Both the position numbers and the translations under genes were made by a program. From the IMG/VR virus record IMGVR_UViG_2795385681_000001, positions 1 to 64,000 of that record: DNA of 64,000 nt; one strand, given 5' to 3'. Position 1 is the first letter of the stretch. The number at the start of each line of letters is the position of its first letter. This DNA comes from a virus (Duplodnaviria > Heunggongvirae > Uroviricota > Caudoviricetes). The notes below the pieces were generated by a model, which was given only the letters and a program-made list of their open reading frames with translations, was not told the origin of the DNA and made no database searches. This document shows positions 43,569-53,482 of the stretch, piece by piece.

Positions 43569-44131
43569 ACACTAAACTCGTCATCGCGGCTGCCACGCTC
43601 GTCGTGACAGCATGCGGACAAGACACCCCAACCGTCCAGCAGGCCACCGCTACGTCCACACAGCCATTAGCGGCGACGTTTGACAACATTCCGGGCCAGT
43701 ATCCGGCGCAAGCTCCGGGTATTCCAGGGGCTAAGTCAGCGCCAGTAGGAGCGTGCGTGAGCCTTGAAGGTAAACGGGACGTCCCGAAACTGAACGTGGT
43801 GGATTGCGGCTCCCCCACCAACGGATTCAAAGTCGTGCAGCGCGTCTCGACACCGGACCAATGCCCTAAAGATGTGGATCAGCGGTTCTACCGCTACCCC
43901 GAAGATGAGGGTGAGTGGACGGCTTGCCTAGACCTTGCCTGGTCAGCAAATGATTGCCTCACCACAAACCAGACTTCCGCCCGTCGGGTGGCTTGCGACG
44001 ATAAGAATGTCGCAAACCGGGTCAAGCCGGTGGGGGTGCTTCTCAATACAACCGACATATCCGGCTGCGACGAAACCGGCTATGCCCATCCTGACCGGAA
44101 ATTCACGATCTGCATAGAGACACAGAAGTAG
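43565..44131 (+). CDS. lipoprotein
   Basis: Signal peptide with lipobox VVTAC; Cys-rich mature domain. Confidence 0.6.
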   Translation: MNTKLVIAAATLVVTACGQDTPTVQQATATSTQPLAATFDNIPGQYPAQAPGIPGAKSAPVGACVSLEGKRDVPKLNVVDCGSPTNGFKVVQRVSTPDQCPKDVDQRFYRYPEDEGEWTACLDLAWSANDCLTTNQTSARRVACDDKNVANRVKPVGVLLNTTDISGCDETGYAHPDRKFTICIETQK

Positions 44132-44158
44132 ACCGACACCATAGCTCCACAACGAAAG

Positions 44159-44194
44159 AACCCCGGCTCCACTATGGAGTCGGGGTTTTCTCTT
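44159..44194 (+). terminator. rho-independent terminator, likely bidirectional
   Basis: ccccggctcc-acta-tggagtcgggg followed by TTTTCTCTT. Confidence 0.7.
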
Positions 44195-44216
44195 GTCTGC
44201 GGCGATCTGAGGGCGA

Positions 44217-44468
44217 CTATGCGGCCATTGCTCGGTGGTCCGCGATCAACTCCTTCAGCTCATCGGATGCGAACCCTTCCCAAACGTTGTCATCATCGAT
44301 CAACACCACAGGTGCGTTCATGAACCCGTGGGAAGTCACACGCTCATGCCAGGTGGCGTCCTCATCCAAGCGGATCTCCTCGAATGGGATTTCGTTCTTC
44401 CTCAGTTGGTTCTTCACCAGGGTGCAGCGGTGGCAGGACGGGCCGGTGGAAAAAACAGTGATGGTCAA
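44217..44468 (-). CDS. nrdH: NrdH-like glutaredoxin
   Basis: TVFSTGPSCHRCTLVK..PFEEIRLDED..APVVLIDD thioredoxin fold with CxxC; TTG start with RBS aagga; the longer ORF 44217..44786 carries a spurious Arg-rich extension. Confidence 0.55.
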   Translation of the reverse strand: MTITVFSTGPSCHRCTLVKNQLRKNEIPFEEIRLDEDATWHERVTSHGFMNAPVVLIDDDNVWEGFASDELKELIADHRAMAA

Positions 44469-44476
44469 GAGATTCC

Positions 44477-45442
44477 TTAGAGCGACCGCAGGTACGCGAC
44501 TGCGGGTTCGATGTCGTAATTGATATGGGGAAGCGTCGGCGGCGACTGGGCGACGAACTGTCCCCCGTAGATGATCGCCCGGAACGCGGCGAAGATCTCC
44601 ACAGGCGGATTGCGGATGATCTGGCCAACCTGCTCGAGAAGAGAGTCGGCACCAATGAAGGCATTCTTCAGCTCCTGAACCACACGGTAGACGGCGGTCA
44701 TCATCTCGCCGGTCTTGTCGTCCGGGGTGTCGGTGTAGATGTCGCGGCCCCATGGAGTGTTCGCACCGTGGGCATAGTCGTACCACCAGACTGGGGTGTC
44801 GATGATGCGATCGTCACCAATGCCGCGACCAGTTGGTATGGGCCATCCAGCCGAGCGGTTGCCGTTAGCCACGCCTACCTCGCGGCAGGGGTTGCCGTAG
44901 GTGACAGCTCCGATGATGCGGTCCTCAAGGTCGGTGCCCTTGATATAGCGCTTCCACACCATCGAAGTGACGATGGCTCCCTGTGAATATCCGGCCAGCA
45001 CGAACATCGCAGCCGGATAGCGCTCCAACCGCAGCTTCATCAGGCGAAGCAGCTCGGCGATGCCAGCATCCACCGAAGTTCCCATGGGGAACGCCGCAGC
45101 CGGGTAGTTGACGCCCTGCCAGCGGAACAGGCCGAGCACCGCGCGCGCGAGGTCGGCGGGATAGCCAGCATCCCAACCAGCACCCGTACCGGCCACAGTG
45201 AACAGCCATGGCTTCAACGCCTCTAGGACTCCCAGCGCCTTCTGAGTCTCGTAGTCCATGACGCCATCGGTGCGTAGCCCAGCCTTATTGCGTTGGAACG
45301 TCTTCAGCGCTTCAGTCAGTTCTGGGGTGAACTTCTGTGTCAGCGTCAACGACTTACCGTACGTAAACTTCGCGCGTAGCTCACCGATAGCTGCGAGAAC
45401 AGGAAGGCCTTCCATGCCTTCCTGCCAGCCAATCCATGCCAT
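44477..45442 (-). CDS. lysB: Lysin B (mycolylarabinogalactan esterase)
   Basis: N-terminal peptidoglycan-binding repeat (ETQKALG); cutinase-like GYSQGA nucleophile elbow. Confidence 0.85.
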   Translation of the reverse strand: MAWIGWQEGMEGLPVLAAIGELRAKFTYGKSLTLTQKFTPELTEALKTFQRNKAGLRTDGVMDYETQKALGVLEALKPWLFTVAGTGAGWDAGYPADLARAVLGLFRWQGVNYPAAAFPMGTSVDAGIAELLRLMKLRLERYPAAMFVLAGYSQGAIVTSMVWKRYIKGTDLEDRIIGAVTYGNPCREVGVANGNRSAGWPIPTGRGIGDDRIIDTPVWWYDYAHGANTPWGRDIYTDTPDDKTGEMMTAVYRVVQELKNAFIGADSLLEQVGQIIRNPPVEIFAAFRAIIYGGQFVAQSPPTLPHINYDIEPAVAYLRSL

Positions 45443-45505
45443 AGGAACTGCTTTCAGAGATGGCGAACGGACCCACCGATAGCGGTGAGCCCGTCGCTTG
45501 TTCGA

Positions 45506-45820
45506 TTAGTGAGAGGTGCGGTACTGGTCGATCAGTTCCTGGACCAGCTCCGGGTTGGCCTTCACCACGGTCTCAACGTGGGCAGGATCGGTCGCGCCTT
45601 CGCGAAGGATCTTCTCCACCAAGTCCATGGCGGTCTTGTTCTTCTTCAAGAACGTCAAAACTGCAGTGATACCGGCGAATCCGACCATGAGGCCATGAAC
45701 CCAGTTGGGCGGCAGTCCATCTGCAATAGCCAACACAGTCCCTTCCTGCGCAGCGAGTGCGCCGAGGAAGGCAACGAGAGCCTTATAGATCTCTGGTAGA
45801 CGACGCAGGAAGTCCATCAC
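45506..45820 (-). CDS. holin-like membrane protein
   Basis: Two TM helices (LVAFLGALAA, LMVGFAGITAVLTFL) between lysA and lysB. Confidence 0.55.
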   Translation of the reverse strand: MMDFLRRLPEIYKALVAFLGALAAQEGTVLAIADGLPPNWVHGLMVGFAGITAVLTFLKKNKTAMDLVEKILREGATDPAHVETVVKANPELVQELIDQYRTSH

Positions 45821-46026
45821 TTACCTCCGAATAGCTTCCCGATCGGCCCGAGGATCTGCTCTACGGCGTTCTCGACGGTCTTCTCGATACACTCAGGCAG
45901 CATTTCCCAGGCTTCGGTCTTCGCCTTTTCAATCTCCTCGCGGATGATCTTCTCGATCACCGGCTTGAGCTCACGCACGATCGGCGTAACGACTGCTTCC
46001 CCAACGAACTTCGCTAGTGCGCTCAC
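45817..46026 (-). CDS. small lysis-cassette protein (69 aa)
   Basis: Listed ORF coupled between lysA and the holin. Confidence 0.4.
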   Translation of the reverse strand: MSALAKFVGEAVVTPIVRELKPVIEKIIREEIEKAKTEAWEMLPECIEKTVENAVEQILGPIGKLFGGK

Positions 46027-47366
46027 TTTGCAGCCTCCTTGTATGCCTCGAGGATCTCCTTGGGCACCGTGGCGAGCACCTTCTTCGCACGCGCTACGTT
46101 GCCCTTGTCTGCCACAGCGCCTTCGCCTGCAGCAGTGCGAATTACGCGCTGCAATGAGTCCTCATCACCAAGAACTGCAAGGCGCTCAATGAGCTCCGCA
46201 TGCTCCATACCGTCGTCATTCAGAAGCATTCCAGCGAGCGTATCCACGGGGCCCTCACCCGGGGTGCGGTAGATCGAGCGGGACTCCCAGCGGTTAGTCA
46301 GCTCGAAGTAGACGCGGTTCAGCTTCAGCCGATCGTCGTCGTTGAACATGTCATCCTCTCCAGCCTGAGCTGAGAATTCGAGTAGGTAGTTGTTGAAGAC
46401 GTCCCACGGGAAGTTCGGGCCGACGTCGGTGTGGCTTCCGATGCCCAGGCCGACCGTGATGCCGTTGTGGTCAGTGATTCCGTCAGTGGTGGGCAGCTGC
46501 GAATACTTGTTCCCCACCAACAGCTGAACGGGAATGCCGTACTTCAAGCAGTCCTGCACGGCGAGATAGGCCGCTACGCGAATTGCCTTGTCGTACTTCT
46601 CCAGCCACTCAACACGACTCATCGCCGCGCGCGACCCACCGAACACCAAGTTGATGGTGTAGTTGTTCGCGTCTAGGACAGACCAGGAAGCATCGTCGGT
46701 GTCGACCAGATCCCATGTCTTGCCGTCTGGGTTGACGAGGTAGTGGTACGAGACCGAAGCCCCCGCCATGTAGTCGACGAGGTCCATACCTGCAGCACCC
46801 TCGGAGGTGTGCAGAACAAAGAGGCGCGGCTTACGGCCATTGCGGGACTGCCAGTTTGGTGCCCACTCCCCGATAATGTTGATCTCTTCGAAGAACCTTG
46901 GCGGGAGAACAATCCCAGTGGTCAGTCGGTTGAAGTACTCAACAGCCACTCCCATTGCCTGGTCGTAACGATCGGGGAACGCGGAGCGCTGTACCTTCTG
47001 GGCACACTGGCCTGGGGTGAGGGTCGGATCGTTGTAGTCGAAGGCCTTGATGCCGTACTTCGTAGGGTTCGCCAAGTGATCGAAGAACATACGAGCAGGC
47101 GCGTAAAGGTCCATACGCTCGTCGAGCGAACCCCATTCAGCAAAATTCTGCTGCTGCATGTAATTAACGGACATACCGTCCGAGCCCACCGCGTCATACT
47201 TGAACCTCTTGTCAAGGGACTCTGGGTAATTGGAGTTCGCATAGAAGACAAACTTGGACTCAACCCAACCGGTTGCGAGCGCGATGTGGATACCGCGCGA
47301 GGTGATGCCCATCTGCTGGCCCACCTGGATGATGACGCGCGCGATGTCATCCTTGGTGTAGTACAT
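46023..47366 (-). CDS. lysA: Lysin A (endolysin with a central amidase_2-like domain)
   Basis: LFVLHTSEG..YHYLVNPDGKTWD amidase_2/PGRP-like core; the N-terminal region is unassigned; start MYYTKDD (the ORF extends to 47411). Confidence 0.8.
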   Translation of the reverse strand: MYYTKDDIARVIIQVGQQMGITSRGIHIALATGWVESKFVFYANSNYPESLDKRFKYDAVGSDGMSVNYMQQQNFAEWGSLDERMDLYAPARMFFDHLANPTKYGIKAFDYNDPTLTPGQCAQKVQRSAFPDRYDQAMGVAVEYFNRLTTGIVLPPRFFEEINIIGEWAPNWQSRNGRKPRLFVLHTSEGAAGMDLVDYMAGASVSYHYLVNPDGKTWDLVDTDDASWSVLDANNYTINLVFGGSRAAMSRVEWLEKYDKAIRVAAYLAVQDCLKYGIPVQLLVGNKYSQLPTTDGITDHNGITVGLGIGSHTDVGPNFPWDVFNNYLLEFSAQAGEDDMFNDDDRLKLNRVYFELTNRWESRSIYRTPGEGPVDTLAGMLLNDDGMEHAELIERLAVLGDEDSLQRVIRTAAGEGAVADKGNVARAKKVLATVPKEILEAYKEAAK

Positions 47367-47373
47367 GAATCCC

Positions 47374-48375
47374 TTAGGGAGTGTCGGCGATGATGATGTC
47401 GGAGATCTCAACCCCGGGAGTCAGAAGGTCCGACTTGAAGCCAAGTCCGAAATAGCGCTCCCCTTCACCGTGATTCACGATCTGCGTGGTGTCCGTCCAG
47501 CTGACGATTGGAGTCAGGGAAGTTCCCACATATAGGGAGTAGGTGTTGGTGAGCGGGTTGTACTCAGCGGTGTAGTTCTGGTTGGTTGCCGTCGAGTAGT
47601 TCACAGGAGTAGTGCGCGACTGGAGCGTCACGGGCCCTGAACCGGTCACAACCTCTACGGTGTCGTGATCCCATAGACCGGATAGGAACACTCCCCTATG
47701 ACGGATGGCCGCATAGTTGGTCATGTCATAGTTCGAGCAGATCGCCACCCAGCCGTAGCCAGCTCCAAACCGAATAGTGTTGTACGTAAGTCGGATTGCG
47801 TCTGTTTTCAGTGGAGCGAAGTAAAGCATCGCAACGTCGTCGAACAGGGTTGGCCCACCGCCAGCGCCATCGGTGATAGAAGCCGCCGCAACAGCATTGG
47901 GAAGGCTGCGGCTCGAATTGTCGTAGACACGGGGCTTGCCGTTCATTATGCTCCAGGCGGGATCCACCACGAAGCCAGGAGTGCCGAAACTGTAGCGGTA
48001 CTGCACGCCGTCGAACTCACCCGAATGCGGAGGAGCGTCTGGGAATGGGGCCTCGCTGCGGATCACTGTCCCCTGGAGCTCGAGCCTTGGCTCATCCAAC
48101 TCCGGTGTCTGTACATGTAGTGTCCAGGAAGCACCACGAGGTAGGGCGTTCGCAATAGCCTTGGTTTCAAGGAAAGTCACGGTTCCGCCCGCGACAACGC
48201 CCTCGTATGTTCCCAGCGTCTGGCTGTACGTGTTCTTGATCGTCAGGAAGGCTGTGGTACCCGAAGGAAACTTCTTTCCACCACTCAATGTGTACGAGTA
48301 GTGGAGCGGATTGTCGCGATTCAGCTCAAGAGGCTGGTTGCTGAGAACCCGAGTCGAGGGCGTCCAAATCGCCAT
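47374..48375 (-). CDS. minor tail protein
   Basis: Start MAIWTPS; beta-rich sequence in the tail gene block. Confidence 0.55.
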   Translation of the reverse strand: MAIWTPSTRVLSNQPLELNRDNPLHYSYTLSGGKKFPSGTTAFLTIKNTYSQTLGTYEGVVAGGTVTFLETKAIANALPRGASWTLHVQTPELDEPRLELQGTVIRSEAPFPDAPPHSGEFDGVQYRYSFGTPGFVVDPAWSIMNGKPRVYDNSSRSLPNAVAAASITDGAGGGPTLFDDVAMLYFAPLKTDAIRLTYNTIRFGAGYGWVAICSNYDMTNYAAIRHRGVFLSGLWDHDTVEVVTGSGPVTLQSRTTPVNYSTATNQNYTAEYNPLTNTYSLYVGTSLTPIVSWTDTTQIVNHGEGERYFGLGFKSDLLTPGVEISDIIIADTP

Positions 48376-48397
48376 CAAAACTCTCTCTTTCAGTGTA

Positions 48398-48754
48398 TCA
48401 GGAGACGCGCTTCGCGAGATTGATCTTGCGCCGCAACGCGATACGCTCTTCCTCATCTAGGCCAGTGATCTTTGGGAAGAGGTCGTCAAGGATGTCCGTC
48501 AACCCCGTTACTGCGCCCAAGAGCTGGTCTAGGCGGTCACGTAGTTCGGCATTCTCCTTGCGGACTTCCTCACGGATCGCGGTCGAGATGGCCGAAAGAA
48601 CCTGCGCCTCATCGACCTTGCGCTTGCGGCGACCTGTTACGAACTCGATGGCCTTGCTCAGTACGCCACCAGCTGCCAGTGCCCCAAAGAGGGAAACGAC
48701 AGTTTCGGCGTCAAGATCAATGAGTTCGTCCACAAGGCTCACAACACGGCCCAA
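48398..48754 (-). CDS. hypothetical coiled-coil protein (118 aa, TTG start)
   Basis: Listed ORF. Confidence 0.45.
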   Translation of the reverse strand: MGRVVSLVDELIDLDAETVVSLFGALAAGGVLSKAIEFVTGRRKRKVDEAQVLSAISTAIREEVRKENAELRDRLDQLLGAVTGLTDILDDLFPKITGLDEEERIALRRKINLAKRVS

Positions 48755-48891
48755 TCAGCGACCTCAGTATCGGCGGCATAGTGACCACCCTCTGCCGAGT
48801 GCATCACTGCCCACCTTCCGTCCGCGCGCTGAATCGCAACGGAAAGCCGATCCGCTGACACGCGAATCTCCGGGGTCCTATTGTCAGTCAA
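48739..48891 (-). CDS. possible small protein (50 aa, TTG start, below the ORF-track cutoff)
   Basis: RBS aggaaa 6 nt before the TTG. Confidence 0.25.
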   Translation of the reverse strand: MTDNRTPEIRVSADRLSVAIQRADGRWAVMHSAEGGHYAADTEVADWAVL

Positions 48892-48899
48892 AGGTTTTC

Positions 48900-50486
48900 C
48901 TATACAGATGTGGTGGTATCGAGCCCAGGGACATCCACACCACGTGTCGTCTCATCAACGGAGAGAGCGCGACTCTCGCCGGAAACGACACCCATTCGCT
49001 CAACTGAGGCGATGTCCATCGCTCGCTCAGTTACACCCACAGTTGCGCTGCGTTCGCTTTCAATCACCGCGATATCGCGTTCAGTTTCAATGACGCTCGC
49101 CGAACGGTCCACGGGATCGACGTAAAGAATCTCGCGGACGGATCCGAACCAGGCCCACATAGATGCGTTGACCACAAGCTCGGTGTCAGCGGAGAACTGG
49201 GCCCCCACCATTCCGGCGCTCAGTACCTCAACAGCCAGGCTCGCCGCTGCCGCGTAGTTGACTTGAGCTGCGGCAGTCATCGCGGCTACTGCGTCAAGAC
49301 TGGTATCAGCGACATTTCCACCAGTGGCATCTGATGGACCATCTGCGGCGACTGCCAGTACGGCGTCTGCCCCAACAGTCCTCTGCGCCTCTGCGGTAAG
49401 GAATGCCACTGCCACGAGGTTCGCGGCCAGGCTTCCTTCGTACTTGAGTCCACCCTGAGTCTGGGCCGTAACGTCAAGCACTCCGCCGATGGCCTGACCA
49501 CGTGACAGTGCCGCAGTAAGTTCGGCTGCCAGATTCAGAGTGCCTGCCACGCCGAGATCTACGTTCGCCCCAGCTAGCATCGAGGCCGCGAGGGTGAGAC
49601 TGACATCGCCCACCCCGAATTCAGTCGCAGCCGATGAGGTAGATGCCGTCAAAGCAAGCGTGGACGCCGCGTTCAGAACTTTGACGATCGCACCAATTGG
49701 TGTGACGCCAAGGAACAGGTTCGCCTGAGCCTTGGCGTCATATCGATCAGCGCCGGAAGGCGTGGCTGTCGCAGAAAGATTTGCCCCCATTGACTGCCCG
49801 CGCGATAGAGCCACAGTCGGCGTCGCAACGACTGGAAGAACTCCAGCAGCCGTGAATACACCAGACAGCCCAGCGGAAGGAGCTGCGGCTACACCCAAGC
49901 TCGCTGCAGCTGTGTAGGCAACAGGCTCGTACCAGGCGTAGAACCACACGCGGCCTGCGCCACCAGCCTTGCCAGCATTGGCCATGCCGAACGCGCCACC
50001 CGAGCCGGGTCCACCGCCAGCGCCCGGATCAGTACCAGCGTTGTTCGTGGAACCGCCTACGCCCCCGCTGTAGGTGCGCCCGTTGTATGTCGCATCCCCT
50101 GGACTCTCCCCGGGCTTGTTCTTGCCGTTACCGGAATACGCTCCAGCGCCCCCTGCACCGCCGACTGCGGTGGTTGTGGAACCGTTGAACGTGGCCGTGG
50201 AAGCGCCACCGGCTCCTCCGTTGTTCTCCTTGGGGCCCGCAGTACCAGCTGCACCGACTACACCAGTGACAGCAACCGCTGCCCAGGAGCCGCCGTCCAC
50301 CCGCACAAGCTGGTAGGTCTGCCAGGTCGCCTTCTTGCCACCCTCGCCGGTTGTGCCAAGACCACCATCACCGCCACCGCCACCGCCGCCTCCACCGATG
50401 AGGATGACGTCAACGCGGTTAGCCTCTGGGGGCAACGTGTAGCTGTACGAGCCGACAGTAGAAAAAGTCGACAGCCCCAGCGCCAT
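48900..50486 (-). CDS. glycine-rich minor tail protein
   Basis: GGGGGGGGDGG and repeated GGAGG tracts typical of actinophage minor tail proteins. Confidence 0.75.
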   Translation of the reverse strand: MALGLSTFSTVGSYSYTLPPEANRVDVILIGGGGGGGGGDGGLGTTGEGGKKATWQTYQLVRVDGGSWAAVAVTGVVGAAGTAGPKENNGGAGGASTATFNGSTTTAVGGAGGAGAYSGNGKNKPGESPGDATYNGRTYSGGVGGSTNNAGTDPGAGGGPGSGGAFGMANAGKAGGAGRVWFYAWYEPVAYTAAASLGVAAAPSAGLSGVFTAAGVLPVVATPTVALSRGQSMGANLSATATPSGADRYDAKAQANLFLGVTPIGAIVKVLNAASTLALTASTSSAATEFGVGDVSLTLAASMLAGANVDLGVAGTLNLAAELTAALSRGQAIGGVLDVTAQTQGGLKYEGSLAANLVAVAFLTAEAQRTVGADAVLAVAADGPSDATGGNVADTSLDAVAAMTAAAQVNYAAAASLAVEVLSAGMVGAQFSADTELVVNASMWAWFGSVREILYVDPVDRSASVIETERDIAVIESERSATVGVTERAMDIASVERMGVVSGESRALSVDETTRGVDVPGLDTTTSV

Positions 50487-50876
50487 TTACGCCGCCAGTG
50501 GGCCTAGAGACAACCCGCAGGACGTAAGGGTCAGGGTGTCGCCCGACTGAACGTTCTTCGATACCGACAACGCCGCCGACCACTGGAAGTTGCCGCCAGA
50601 GCTCGCATCCCAAACTGAGATGTGAGTGATGGTCTCGGTAGCGGTCATCGACCAGGATGGGTTAGTTCCAGTAAGCGCGATGGCCCCGGAGGCGGCGACC
50701 GCGAAAGTCGCCTGACTCCTTGATGTTACAGCCGAGCCAGCAGTGGTACCTGCTGCGCCAGGATCGGCGGTGTGAAGGCGAACCCACAGCCCACCAGGCT
50801 GTGCCCATGCAGTACCACCACGGAGGTGGTCAAGAATCTTGTTAGCAAGATTGACAGTGTGAAGACCAACCGTCAT
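50487..50876 (-). CDS. minor tail protein (129 aa)
   Basis: Immediately upstream of the Gly-rich gene with no gap. Confidence 0.55.
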   Translation of the reverse strand: MTVGLHTVNLANKILDHLRGGTAWAQPGGLWVRLHTADPGAAGTTAGSAVTSRSQATFAVAASGAIALTGTNPSWSMTATETITHISVWDASSGGNFQWSAALSVSKNVQSGDTLTLTSCGLSLGPLAA

Positions 50877-50962
50877 ACGGAATCCTTTGAGTCACTGGGG
50901 CGCTCAACTTCGGCGTCTGCCCACACCGTCAGAGCGAGAACAATCTGAGTAGGCTCGGTCAC

Positions 50963-51244
50963 CTACATCTCCTTGATTTCGACCGTGAAAGTTCGGTCAT
51001 CTTCACGACCACCGTTCGTAATGACGTGGACGGTGACGTCGTACTTATTTCCGGCTGCACCGGCAGAAACCCAAACGGTCACTGCGTCAACAGTGTTTGA
51101 AACAGTTCCGACAGTTAGGCCACCACTTGGGGACACCGTCGCCGTCGCAGACGTGATGGTGTCACCGGGAGCGAGCCAGGCACTCCAATTAAGTGTGTAG
51201 TCGAGAACCGCGTCAGGATCTTGCTTGAATGTCCTGAGCGACAA
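50963..51244 (-). CDS. minor tail protein (93 aa, TTG start)
   Basis: RBS taggag 9 nt before the TTG. Confidence 0.5.
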   Translation of the reverse strand: MSLRTFKQDPDAVLDYTLNWSAWLAPGDTITSATATVSPSGGLTVGTVSNTVDAVTVWVSAGAAGNKYDVTVHVITNGGREDDRTFTVEIKEM

Positions 51245-51256
51245 TTGAACTCCTAA

Positions 51257-51415
51257 TTACGGGCCCGAGAACCCAACACTCGAAACGATGTTTTCGTTCG
51301 AGTCGGTGCCGGTGATCTGGATCCATGACGGATTGAGTTTCCCGTCAGGGTCGAGACCCCCACGCTCAACGGTGAAGGTGATGTCGGGTAGTTCAGGCAT
51401 GGCGAATGTGGTCAT
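51257..51415 (-). CDS. possible small tail-region protein (52 aa, below the ORF-track cutoff)
   Basis: ATG..TAA ORF filling the gap between two tail genes. Confidence 0.3.
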   Translation of the reverse strand: MTTFAMPELPDITFTVERGGLDPDGKLNPSWIQITGTDSNENIVSSVGFSGP

Positions 51416-51433
51416 CGCTGAGGCCTCTCTGGG

Positions 51434-53479
51434 TTATGCGATTCGTCGGCCATCGAATGTTGCGATGCCCGATAGGGCTGTGATGCTGCGCGAAACAACG
51501 GTTTCCGACCCTGTTGAGCCATTGGACCGTAGGTCGTAGTCGACCGCGATAAATCCGGGCTGCACGAAATCTCCAGCCACAAGCGGGATCTCAAACGGGC
51601 ATCCCGACGGAATAGCCCCGGTGATGCGAGTGCCGTTCTTGTACACCACCCAATAGGGAACGGACGTGCCCTTGGCGGTGACTGATCGGTACGTCGTGTT
51701 AATCCGGTACAGGCCGGTGGTGGCGATCTCGATGCGTGCCGTGCCCAGGTCATCGAGAGTCACGTCGGTGGTGTAGTCGTTGAACGTGAAGAACCCGGAC
51801 GGGAATGCACCGGACGAGTAGGGCCCGTACGTCACATTAGCGGTGCTATCGCGCCTGATGCTCCACGAATTTGACATCGAGAATCCTGCCCCCGCAGAGG
51901 TGTAGTCGGACATCGCGAACGCCGCGACACGGTACGAGTCGTAGGTGAAAAACGGGCTTGCCCGCTGAACGCTGAACATCGAATAGCGGTATGCCGCACC
52001 AATACTGATCGTGTTGCCAGCGTCCGTCGCCGAGAGAACCTGTCGACCATTGACCCGCACGAAATAGTTGGTGCCCGAGCAGCGGATCTCGACGCGCGCG
52101 CCTTGCTTGACCGCAGAGAGTCCCGTCTGAAGCGTTAGGGGTGCGCTGAACGACCAGCTAGAGCCCGACCGGGTGAACTTGCCGATACGGATCTCGCCCT
52201 CTTTGGCCAGGCAGTAGGCTCCCTGCGTGCGGCCCGAGTCGCAGCGGATGTAGACACCGGAGTAGTAGTTGCCGTTCTGGGTGTCGCCCAACACAAACGA
52301 CGCCGACTGTCCATCGGTGGCATAGGTGTAGTTCGGGCTGGCGAAGAAGTACCCGTCCGGGTTGCCATTCTTCACGCCCGCATATCCCGAGTCCCCACGA
52401 ATAGTGATATCTCCCGGGTTGGGGCCGGTAGTCCAGTCCGTCGAGTTCAGTGCGGCACCGTCAGCACCAGAGAACACGAAGCTGTAGCTGTTGCCACCGC
52501 CCGTGTTCTGTTCGGTCTCCTGCTCCTGCAGCGTGGTCTGGGCGGCAATCGCGCTCTTCAGCGCGTCCTTCGACAACCCCAGAAGCCCAAGCAGGGAATC
52601 CTTCGCCTGATCGATCTGATCGGACAGGGTTCCCGAGGTGCCAGTAGTGGTTCCGTCAGCGCCCTTCTTTACGCCGGACAGCATGTTCCCCAGGTTCTCC
52701 ACAAGGCTGGTCACCTTGTCGATCCCGAGGTTGCCGTCATGGGTCAGGTTGGAGGTCTTGCCCGTAAGCGCGTTCCACCAGTCCTTGACGTCCTGAAGGG
52801 CCTGATTGATCGGGGTGACGAGTACGCCACGGAAGATGTCGATGACCTGGTTGATCATCGAATTGATGCCGTTAAGCACTCCCCCAAGGCCTGCGATCAT
52901 GTCCTGCGCGAACTGGCCTGAGACGATCTTCGAGGCGTCCAACCCTGGGATCACGCTGCCCGAAAGCAATCCTCCGATTAGAGTTGCTAGCTTCCCAACC
53001 GGGGCCAGGATCATGTCGATGAAGATCCCCGCCGCCGCCAGCGGATTGAATGTTGGCGAGTTGAAATCGATATGCGCGAGGAACTGCTTCAGGTTGTCGA
53101 ACCAAAGCTTGAGCTCGGCGATTCCGCCATCGGCCACGCCAGTGATCCACTTGACGATGTCCCCGAGAAGTGGAACTTCCTTCAGGCTGTTGAGGAATGC
53201 TTCCATTCCCCCGTCGAGGTCAATATTCAACCCCGGGAAAAGCCTGTTGATCAACGCCTCAAGGATCGCGAGCGGCAACCCAAGAGCGGCGTTGAGCCCG
53301 TGGAAGATCGCATCAGATGCGTTGTTCAGAGACGTGGTGTTCTGAACGCGCGCTTTGAGCATGTCCTCGATGGGCCCGCGCTGACGACCGGCTAGATCGC
53401 CTAGTCCCGCACCAACAACGCCGCCGTCATGTCCAGAGAGGTCATAACCACTCGGATCGCTGCCGGACGGCATCGTCAT
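51434..53479 (-). CDS. minor tail protein (681 aa)
   Basis: Large tail-block gene with a beta-rich C-terminal half. Confidence 0.7.
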   Translation of the reverse strand: MTMPSGSDPSGYDLSGHDGGVVGAGLGDLAGRQRGPIEDMLKARVQNTTSLNNASDAIFHGLNAALGLPLAILEALINRLFPGLNIDLDGGMEAFLNSLKEVPLLGDIVKWITGVADGGIAELKLWFDNLKQFLAHIDFNSPTFNPLAAAGIFIDMILAPVGKLATLIGGLLSGSVIPGLDASKIVSGQFAQDMIAGLGGVLNGINSMINQVIDIFRGVLVTPINQALQDVKDWWNALTGKTSNLTHDGNLGIDKVTSLVENLGNMLSGVKKGADGTTTGTSGTLSDQIDQAKDSLLGLLGLSKDALKSAIAAQTTLQEQETEQNTGGGNSYSFVFSGADGAALNSTDWTTGPNPGDITIRGDSGYAGVKNGNPDGYFFASPNYTYATDGQSASFVLGDTQNGNYYSGVYIRCDSGRTQGAYCLAKEGEIRIGKFTRSGSSWSFSAPLTLQTGLSAVKQGARVEIRCSGTNYFVRVNGRQVLSATDAGNTISIGAAYRYSMFSVQRASPFFTYDSYRVAAFAMSDYTSAGAGFSMSNSWSIRRDSTANVTYGPYSSGAFPSGFFTFNDYTTDVTLDDLGTARIEIATTGLYRINTTYRSVTAKGTSVPYWVVYKNGTRITGAIPSGCPFEIPLVAGDFVQPGFIAVDYDLRSNGSTGSETVVSRSITALSGIATFDGRRIA

Positions 53480-53482
53480 GGG

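Noticed and set aside
44217-44786. A 189-aa ORF extending the NrdH gene upstream
   Set aside because: The N-terminal 100 aa are Arg/His-rich junk overlapping the lysB 3' end; a TTG start with an RBS gives a normal 83-aa glutaredoxin.
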